A DNA stretch of 43,548 nt from a virus (taxonomy: Duplodnaviria > Caudoviricetes), in IMG/VR virus record IMGVR_UViG_3300034130_000030, positions 1 through 43,548 of that record; one strand, 5' to 3'. The notes beneath the pieces are model-generated. The model saw nothing but the letters and a program-made list of their open reading frames with translations, was not told the origin of the DNA and made no database searches. Both the position numbers and the translations under genes were made by a program. This document shows positions 37,082 through 43,548 of the stretch, piece after piece (positions within the stretch are counted from its first letter, which is position 1; each line of letters starts with the position of its first letter).

Positions 37082-37097
37082 CTACGAAGGAGACGTA

Positions 37098-37322
37098 ATG
37101 TTCAACATCATCGCAACCGCCATCGTGACACTCCTGATCACAATCGTGCTCGTGACCATCTGGGAGCGTTATTACTACACCAAGGTCAACAAAGCCCATA
37201 CAGCTGCGTTGAACAAGGTGTGGTGGGACGCTTACAAGAAGGGCCAAGAGAACGGTTGGGATCACGGACATCACGCCGCGGTGCTTGAGCACCTGAGCAA
37301 ATCCGCACCCAAGAAGCAGTAA
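37098..37322 (+). CDS. Small membrane protein (cassette 7), 74 aa
   Basis: AAGGAG RBS, N-terminal TM IIATAIVTLLITIVLVTIW. Confidence 0.75.
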   Translation: MFNIIATAIVTLLITIVLVTIWERYYYTKVNKAHTAALNKVWWDAYKKGQENGWDHGHHAAVLEHLSKSAPKKQ

Positions 37323-37326
37323 TCTC

Positions 37327-37361
37327 GAAGACTAGGTGACCTAACCCGTCATCTAGTTTTT
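37327..37361 (+). terminator. CTAACCC-loop hairpin
   Basis: gaagactaggtgac-ctaaccc-gtcatctagttttt. Confidence 0.7.
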
Positions 37362-37377
37362 GCCTTAGGGAGGTGAC

Positions 37378-38553
37378 ATGGTAGAGCTATATCCTAACCA
37401 GCAAGATGCTTTGGCCAAGCTAGGCAACGGTAAGATCTTGTGGGGTGAGGTTGGCCAAGGCAAGAGTCGTGTCGCTGCCGCATATTACATGGAGAAGGAG
37501 GCAGACGCAGATGTCTATGTTATCACGACTGCGAAGAAGAGAGACTCTCTGGACTGGGAGACTGAATTTGCCGCCTTCGGGGTCGGTAAACATCTCAATG
37601 CTTCAGTCGCAGGAACGCTCACCGTCGATAGCTGGAATAATCTGGGTAAGTACAGAGATGTCCGCGGTGCATTTTTCATTTTTGACGAACAGAGACTTGT
37701 TGGAGCTGGTGCATGGTCTAAAGACTTCATCAAGATCGCTCAATCTAATGGATGGATACTACTCAGTGCAACGCCGGGGGATACTTGGCTGGACTACATC
37801 CCGGTATTCATCGCCAATGGATTTTACAAGAACCGAACTGCGTTTAAACTCGAGCACGTTGTCTATAACACCTACTCAAAGTTCCCCAAAGTCGAGCGAT
37901 ACACGGGCGTCGGAAAACTCGTACGACACCGTAACTCTTTGCTCGTCGAAATGCCGATCTTGCGTAGGACCGTGCGAAAGACGCGTGTGGTCTCGGTTGC
38001 ACACGATGTAGCTTTGTTTGAGGAGGTGTTGAAGAAGCGATGGAACCCTTACGAAAACAGACCCCTGAGGGATGTCGCAGAGCTCTTCTCGGCGATGAGG
38101 AAAGTTGTCAACTCATCCCCATCTCGCCTGGAGTACGTCCGGAATTTGATGAACACGCATCCAAAGCTCATTGTATTCTACAATTTCGACTACGAGTTGA
38201 TGGCCCTTCGCTCACTTGCCAGTGGCTATATCGTGAGAGAGTGGAATGGCCATAAACACGAAGAAATTCCCGATGGTGATTCGTGGATTTACCTTGTTCA
38301 GTACACTGCTGGGGCTGAGGGGTGGAACTGTACTAGCACGGATGCGATGCTTTTCTACAGTTTGACCTACTCTTACAAGACTTGGCATCAGGCTCACGGT
38401 CGCACAGATCGTCTGAACACTCCGTACACTGAGCTATATTACTACGTCTTGAAGAGTAATTCCGTGATTGACACCGCAATTTGGAAGAGTTTGAAGGAGA
38501 AAAAGAGCTTTAACGAACGGACATTTCTCGACAATACGGACAATCGTGATTAA
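37378..38553 (+). CDS. Superfamily 2 (SNF2-like) DNA helicase
   Basis: [31 protein letters not shown] and QAHGRTDR motifs. Confidence 0.9.
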   Translation: MVELYPNQQDALAKLGNGKILWGEVGQGKSRVAAAYYMEKEADADVYVITTAKKRDSLDWETEFAAFGVGKHLNASVAGTLTVDSWNNLGKYRDVRGAFFIFDEQRLVGAGAWSKDFIKIAQSNGWILLSATPGDTWLDYIPVFIANGFYKNRTAFKLEHVVYNTYSKFPKVERYTGVGKLVRHRNSLLVEMPILRRTVRKTRVVSVAHDVALFEEVLKKRWNPYENRPLRDVAELFSAMRKVVNSSPSRLEYVRNLMNTHPKLIVFYNFDYELMALRSLASGYIVREWNGHKHEEIPDGDSWIYLVQYTAGAEGWNCTSTDAMLFYSLTYSYKTWHQAHGRTDRLNTPYTELYYYVLKSNSVIDTAIWKSLKEKKSFNERTFLDNTDNRD

Positions 38554-38660
38554 CTTCCTGCCAAAAACATTATTGTGTATTACTATCTACGCGAGGAGTT
38601 TTAATATTACATAATACTAAAGTATGTACCCCATAACGGAGTTTGGAGAAAACTTTGGCA
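38554..38660. other. AT-rich intergenic region, candidate replication origin
   Basis: Most AT-rich stretch seen in the window, bracketed by tgccaaa (38559-65) and tttggca (38654-60). Confidence 0.4.
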
Positions 38661-39158
38661 AATGAAGTGCGAGAGGTTGTAGGGTTTCAAAACTATCTAC
38701 TAACAAGTGAAGGTGAGGTGATCAACAGAGATACAGGATCGCAGAGAAGAGCATTCGCCAACGAACAAGGAATAGCGTGCGTCACGTTATTTCGAGAAGG
38801 TCGTCCCTACACTAGGTCACTACCGTTGCTCATGGCTCGAACGTTCCTACCAGTCGAGAACGATCACTTCAACTCGGTAATCCAGTTGGACTACGATCGA
38901 ATGAACTGCGCTCTATCGAATCTTGCACGTCGACCAAGATGGTTCGTGGTCGAGTATTACAAGCAGAGACAGAAAGCATACTACGACGTGCCGGTGTCCA
39001 TCTGGTTACCTGCGTCAGGAGAGGTGTTCCACAAGATGAGTGAGCCGGCTGAGAAGTACGGTTTGCTCGTTCGCCATATTCTGGCCTCCTACACGAACGA
39101 ACAATCCTGCTTCCCTACCGGTCAAGAATTCCGCTTCTATGAGGAAGGTAATATTTAG
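38643..39158 (+). CDS. NUMOD4/HNH-like protein with degenerate active site
   Basis: VVGFQNYLLTSEGEVIN (NUMOD4-like). VIQLDYDRMNCALSNL has Q where HNH_3 has the catalytic H. Confidence 0.6.
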   Translation: MEKTLANEVREVVGFQNYLLTSEGEVINRDTGSQRRAFANEQGIACVTLFREGRPYTRSLPLLMARTFLPVENDHFNSVIQLDYDRMNCALSNLARRPRWFVVEYYKQRQKAYYDVPVSIWLPASGEVFHKMSEPAEKYGLLVRHILASYTNEQSCFPTGQEFRFYEEGNI

Positions 39159-39202
39159 TAGCGCAAGAATCGCAGCTTATGATAGAAGGGATAGAAATAA
39201 GC

Positions 39203-39496
39203 ATGTCATTGGAAAGCAAATTTCAGGCAAAGCTTATCATTAAGCTGAAGCGCATGTTTCCGAATTGTCTCGTGTTAAAGAACGATCCTAACTATCTGCA
39301 GGGCATTCCTGATCTTACCATATTGTGGTATGGCCGCTGGGCTGTCCTGGAGGTCAAGGGTGGAGCAGACGAGCCATATCAGCCGAATCAAGAATACTAC
39401 GTCGATCGGCTGAACAGGATGGGGTTCGCGCGATTCATATTCCCCGAGAATGAAGAGGAGGTATTGCGTGAACTTCAACAAGCACTCGAATCTTGA
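39203..39496 (+). CDS. VRR-NUC family nuclease / resolvase
   Basis: LESKFQ...GIPDL...LEVK...PNQ. Confidence 0.85.
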   Translation: MSLESKFQAKLIIKLKRMFPNCLVLKNDPNYLQGIPDLTILWYGRWAVLEVKGGADEPYQPNQEYYVDRLNRMGFARFIFPENEEEVLRELQQALES

Positions 39497-40022
39497 GGGC
39501 ATGCATTCGTACCTAAGCCCCAGCAAACACGCTTGGCTTCGCTACGATGATGAGAAGTTTGACACTGCGTATGTTGCTTCACTAGCAGCATACAAGGGAA
39601 CGCAGCTTCACACTCTTGCGCATGATCTTATTCGCTTGGGTGTCAAACTTCCTCGTAGCCAGAAGACCTTGAGCATGTACGTGAACGATGCGATCGGTTA
39701 TCGCATGACGCCAGAGCAGGCTCTGTTCTATTCGGAGTTCTGCTATGGTACTGCTGATGCCATATCCTTCAAACACAATCTGCTCAGAATTGCGGATCTC
39801 AAGACTGGGATCACCCCGGCACATGAAGACCAGCTGAAAGTCTATGCTGCGTTGTTCTGCCTGGAGTACGGATTCAAGCCATTTGAAATTCAGATGGAAC
39901 TTAGGATCTACCAGAGTGATGAAGTACGTGTGTTTGTCGGAGAGCCCGATGAGATCGCACATATCATGGATCGCATCATCACACTCGACAAGCGCATTAG
40001 AGCAATCAGAGAGGAATTTTAA
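39468..40022 (+). CDS. PD-(D/E)XK (Cas4/RecB-like) exonuclease
   Basis: HS.LSPS, GT.LH, PEQ, GTADAI, I.DLKTG and QL.VYA motifs. Confidence 0.85.
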   Translation: MNFNKHSNLEGMHSYLSPSKHAWLRYDDEKFDTAYVASLAAYKGTQLHTLAHDLIRLGVKLPRSQKTLSMYVNDAIGYRMTPEQALFYSEFCYGTADAISFKHNLLRIADLKTGITPAHEDQLKVYAALFCLEYGFKPFEIQMELRIYQSDEVRVFVGEPDEIAHIMDRIITLDKRIRAIREEF

Positions 40023-40024
40023 TC

Positions 40025-40288
40025 ATGAGCCAGGTAGAAGACATTCCGCAGGCGCGAAGCTTGATCGCCCAGATGATCGATACGATCGGCAACGTTCACG
40101 GGCAGTTGCAGTCAGTCAAGCAGTTCACTGAATCCGCAGCTGGACAGGTGGCTGAATTGCTCAGTTCGGATCACGAATCTGTCGGTCAGTTTCGTCAGGC
40201 CGGTGACCAGTGCGACACGGCGTCAGGAGCCAGTGCCGCTTACGTCGTAGAGCTGGAGGCTCTTGACGATATTCTGGCCTCGATCTGA
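40025..40288 (+). CDS. Small alpha-helical protein
   Basis: GAGGA RBS, 87 aa, heptad pattern. Confidence 0.6.
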   Translation: MSQVEDIPQARSLIAQMIDTIGNVHGQLQSVKQFTESAAGQVAELLSSDHESVGQFRQAGDQCDTASGASAAYVVELEALDDILASI

Positions 40289-40569
40289 TGAGCCAAGCAG
40301 AGCGTCATGTCGCGGCTCTAGTTGCGATTGATCAAAGTTGTGCCACCATGCGGCAGGCTTTGGGTGTCGTGATGACGGAAAACGAAGCGTCCATCGGTGT
40401 TCTAACTGAAGTATGGGGTCTTGGTGTAGATGGCCCCGCTAAGACAATTGCTGCCTTGACCGAAGCTCAGGAGAAGATGGACTCCTGTGACAAGGCCATA
40501 TTCCTGGCACAGATCACAGCAACACATGCGATGACAGTTCTGAAGAAAGCAATGGGCGGAACAACCTAA
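40288..40569 (+). CDS. Small alpha-helical protein
   Basis: TGATG coupling, 93 aa, central WGLG turn. Confidence 0.6.
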   Translation: MSQAERHVAALVAIDQSCATMRQALGVVMTENEASIGVLTEVWGLGVDGPAKTIAALTEAQEKMDSCDKAIFLAQITATHAMTVLKKAMGGTT

Positions 40570-40582
40570 CTCCACAGAAGGG

Positions 40583-43240
40583 ATGGCTATAGTGCTGATC
40601 AGCGAAGACGACTATCTGGCGCACTACGGTACCAAACGCCATTCTGGTCGGTACCCTTACGGCTCTGGTGGAGATGATCAGGCCGGCCCACGCAACCCAA
40701 CGTTCTTGGACAACGTCGCTGAGATGAAGCGCAAGGGTCTGAGTGAAACGGATATTGCTGCAGGATTGAGCATGACCACAACCCAGCTCCGTGCTCGTAA
40801 GTCGATCGAGAAGAATGCTCAGAAGCAGGCACAGATTGGTATGGCGCAGCGCCTGAAGGACAAGGGATATTCCAACGTCGCTATCGGCGATCGCATGGGA
40901 ATCAATGAGTCCTCAGTGCGCAGTCTTCTGACGCCAGGCCAGCAGGACAAGCTCGATGTTCTGCAGACCACAGCCAACATGCTTCGTGATCAGGTCACTG
41001 AGAAAGGCTTCATTGACATCGGTTCTGGAGTGGAGAACCATATTGGTGTCAGTGCCACCAAGCTGAGCACAGCAGTCGCCGTGCTTCAGGAAAAGGGCTA
41101 CACAGTACACAAGGTCAAGGTCGAGCAGTTGGGTACTGGCAATCAAACCGAGATCAAGGTACTTGCGCCTCCTGGAACTACACAGAAAGAGGTATGGCAG
41201 AATCGCGACAAGATCAATCAGATCACTGACTTCTCTGAAGATGGTGGTCGATCATATCTTGGAGTCCAGCCTCCGTTGAACATCAGTTCAAAGAGGATTG
41301 GCGTGCGGTACGCAGAGCAGGGAGGCGCCGATGCAGATGGTGTCATCTACGTCAGACCCGGGGTTGATGATATCTCTCTCGGCGCCTCCCGTTATGCCCA
41401 GGTTCGTGTGTCAGTTGATGGCACGCACTTCCTCAAGGGCATGGCAATGTACAAGGACGATTTACCAGCGGGCACAGATCTTGTGTTCAACACGAACAAA
41501 TCAGATACAGGTAAGAAGACTGATGCGTTCAAGGAACTGAAGGATGATGCAGATAATCCTTTCGGTGCTGTAGTTCGTCAGAAGATCGGGCCTGACGGCA
41601 AGGTCACATCTGCCATGAACATCGTCAACGAACAAGGGGATTGGCAGAACTGGTCTCGTAGTCTCTCTTCACAGATGTTGTCTAAGCAGAGTCCTGCTCT
41701 AGCTAAGCAGCAGTTGGATCTCGCATTCGCTGTGAAGAAGAATGATCTCGATGAGATCAAGTCTCTGCAGAATCCAGCAGTAAAGAAGAAGTTGCTTGAG
41801 GCTTATGCTGATGGCGCCGATTCTGCTTCAGTACATTTGAAGGCTGCAGCTCTACCACGTCAGGGGTCACATGTTATTCTGCCTGTGAATAGCATGAAAG
41901 AAACTGAGATCTATGCGCCCAACTACAGGAATGGCGAACGAGTTGCGCTTGTTCGTTACCCTCACGGTGGTGTATTCGAGATCCCTGAATTGACCGTGAA
42001 CAACAACCACCCTGAAGCTAAGAAGCTTCTCGGTAATGCGCCAGATGCAGTTGGTATCCATTCGAAGGTAGCAGAGCGGCTCTCTGGCGCAGACTTCGAT
42101 GGTGACACAGTGCTTGTGATTCCGAATAATCACAGGGCTGTCAAGACTGCGCCTGCCTTGGCTGGATTGAAAGGCTTTGATCCTAAGGCCTCATACCCAG
42201 CTTACGAAGGAATGCCCAAGATGACGCCTAGACAAAAGGCGATTGAGATGGGCGTTGTGTCGAACCTGATCACAGACATGACTATTCGTGGAGCTACACC
42301 ATCTGAGCTAGCTCGAGGTGTACGTCATTCCATGGTGGTTATCGACGCAGAGAAGCACAACCTGAACTACAAGCAGTCAGCACTAGACAACGGCATTGGT
42401 CAGCTGAAGGCCAAATACCAAGGCAGTAGTAAAGCTGGCGCATCTACCCTGATTTCAAGGGCTAGTGCTGAGATCCGTGTCTCTGATCGTAAGGCTAGAT
42501 CAGCTGCTAAAGGTGGTGCTATTGACAAGGCCACTGGCGAGAAGGTGTTTGAGGACACTGGCGCTACCTTTGTCAATCGTGCAGGCAAGACAGTTCCTAA
42601 AACCATCAAGTCTAGGAAGCTGGCCGAAACAAAGGATGCCAATACCCTGTCTTCAGGTACCACTATGGAGAAGGTGTATGCAGACCATAGCAATGGGTTG
42701 AAGGGTCTGGCTAACGAGGCACGCAAAGAGATGGTGAACACAAAGAGTACCCCCTATTCACCTTCTGCGAAAGCCGCCTACCATAAAGAAGTGGCCTCCC
42801 TCAACGCCAAGTTGAACGTGGCCCTCAAGAACCGGCCCCTCGAAAGACAAGCCCAGGTCCTAGCAAACACCACCCTCTCCGCAAAGCGACGTGCCAATCC
42901 AGATCTCGAACCATCAGAGGTCAAGAGATTCAAATCTCAAGCTCTTGCAGAAGCTCGTCGCAGAACGGGTGCAGCAAAGACCCAGATACAGATCACCGAC
43001 CATGAATGGGCCGCCATTCAAGCAGGTGGTGTCAGTACCAACAAGCTGGTGCAGATCCTCAACAACACAGATCTAGATGCAGTCAAGCAATTGGCTACAC
43101 CTAAGTCTACTATCTTGATGACACCTGCTAAGTCTGGTAGAGCCCATGCTATGCTAGCTGCTGGGTACACACAGGCTGATGTAGCAGATGCACTAGGCGT
43201 ATCACTCAGCACATTGAAGAAGAGTATTGGAGGATCGTGA
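40583..43240 (+). CDS. Single-subunit two-barrel RNA polymerase (YonO-like)
   Basis: LVRYPH and LSGADFDGD (DFDGD at 42092-42106), the beta-prime-like catalytic loop. HTH-like segments near both termini. Confidence 0.8.
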   Translation: MAIVLISEDDYLAHYGTKRHSGRYPYGSGGDDQAGPRNPTFLDNVAEMKRKGLSETDIAAGLSMTTTQLRARKSIEKNAQKQAQIGMAQRLKDKGYSNVAIGDRMGINESSVRSLLTPGQQDKLDVLQTTANMLRDQVTEKGFIDIGSGVENHIGVSATKLSTAVAVLQEKGYTVHKVKVEQLGTGNQTEIKVLAPPGTTQKEVWQNRDKINQITDFSEDGGRSYLGVQPPLNISSKRIGVRYAEQGGADADGVIYVRPGVDDISLGASRYAQVRVSVDGTHFLKGMAMYKDDLPAGTDLVFNTNKSDTGKKTDAFKELKDDADNPFGAVVRQKIGPDGKVTSAMNIVNEQGDWQNWSRSLSSQMLSKQSPALAKQQLDLAFAVKKNDLDEIKSLQNPAVKKKLLEAYADGADSASVHLKAAALPRQGSHVILPVNSMKETEIYAPNYRNGERVALVRYPHGGVFEIPELTVNNNHPEAKKLLGNAPDAVGIHSKVAERLSGADFDGDTVLVIPNNHRAVKTAPALAGLKGFDPKASYPAYEGMPKMTPRQKAIEMGVVSNLITDMTIRGATPSELARGVRHSMVVIDAEKHNLNYKQSALDNGIGQLKAKYQGSSKAGASTLISRASAEIRVSDRKARSAAKGGAIDKATGEKVFEDTGATFVNRAGKTVPKTIKSRKLAETKDANTLSSGTTMEKVYADHSNGLKGLANEARKEMVNTKSTPYSPSAKAAYHKEVASLNAKLNVALKNRPLERQAQVLANTTLSAKRRANPDLEPSEVKRFKSQALAEARRRTGAAKTQIQITDHEWAAIQAGGVSTNKLVQILNNTDLDAVKQLATPKSTILMTPAKSGRAHAMLAAGYTQADVADALGVSLSTLKKSIGGS

Positions 43241-43482
43241 TGGTAGTTCACATGCTAACAACAATAGACAATCCATTCGATCCCTTCACTCAGTTCGATG
43301 AGTGGTACAGTTGGGACGAAGCATCTGGTTACCATACATCATCGTTCCTTGCAAGGATTGTGAAGACTTCTGATGAACTGTCTGAGGCCGACCAAGACCT
43401 TGCCATCGAGGATGCAATCGATGAGATCATCAAACAGAATGTTCAGGGCAACTACAAAAAAGTTGCGTCCACTTCTGTCTGA
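43237..43482 (+). CDS. Small acidic conserved protein coupled to the RNAP gene
   Basis: MLTTIDNPFDPFTQFDEW..WD...GY.T...LAR. GTGA overlap with the RNAP stop. Confidence 0.7.
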   Translation: MMVVHMLTTIDNPFDPFTQFDEWYSWDEASGYHTSSFLARIVKTSDELSEADQDLAIEDAIDEIIKQNVQGNYKKVASTSV

Positions 43483-43505
43483 TCGATGATGGGGAGATGA
43501 TGAAG

Positions 43506-43548
43506 GTGTAGGGGGGAGGGGTCTCGCAAATAGACCCCCCCTCTGCAT
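43506..43548 (+). repeat. Terminal imperfect inverted repeat
   Basis: gtgtaggggggaggggtct-cgcaaat-agaccccccctctgcat, running to the last base. Confidence 0.75.

Noticed and set aside
23933-37098. ORF-track upstream extensions of cassette genes (starts 23933, 24212, 25698, 26627, 36993) and of 27421 and 28574
   Set aside because: They run through the promoter motif or upstream genes (the recurring NETP peptide is just the motif translated). Downstream starts have proper RBSs.
39161-39188. Eighth copy of the cassette promoter (gcgca...tatgataga)
   Set aside because: Spacing and downstream sequence do not match the otherwise invariant consensus.
39468-40022. Cas4 as evidence of CRISPR-Cas
   Set aside because: Stand-alone PD-(D/E)XK nuclease with no Fe-S cysteine cluster, in a replication context.
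168-43548. Long minus-strand ORFs (e.g. 9218-10264, 17083-18345, 27874-28860)
   Set aside because: They are antisense shadows of well-supported plus-strand genes with strong codon bias, and show no recognisable motifs.
1-43548. Prophage or temperate lifestyle
   Set aside because: No integrase, repressor, partition genes or flanking host genes were recognised.

Overview
The window looks like an essentially complete ~43.5 kb lytic siphovirus genome, probably with an actinobacterial host. All credible genes are on the + strand and no integrase or repressor is visible. Left arm (1-23.5 kb): packaging, lysis and virion genes (HNH, CHAP endolysin, GDPD-tipped protein, terminase, portal, fused protease-scaffold-capsid, two tail-tube paralogues, tape measure, baseplate, holins). 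Right arm: replication and transcription genes (a helicase-primase-exonuclease-PolB fusion, SSB, SF2 helicase, nucleases, and a single-subunit DFDGD-type YonO-like RNA polymerase). The architecture resembles ReqiPepy6/Poco6-like actinophages, judged from memory and not from a search. The most striking unexplained structure is a set of self-contained expression cassettes: [TCGC(A/G)-N16-TAATGAGACCCC promoter-like motif] - [RBS] - [small membrane protein] - [hairpin with covarying stems and a conserved CTAACCC-type loop]. One copy of the motif drives a cloverleaf non-coding RNA instead of a protein, and a second structured RNA carries a sequence antisense to the shared cassette leader. The phage also encodes a YidD homologue. 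A recurring [L/I/V/A]-x-H motif links the capsid precursor, a tandem HHGVKGQKWG protein and the RNA polymerase N-terminus, which suggests a protease-cleaved capsid-loading tag. All family names come from motif recognition by eye; no database searches or folding programs were run.
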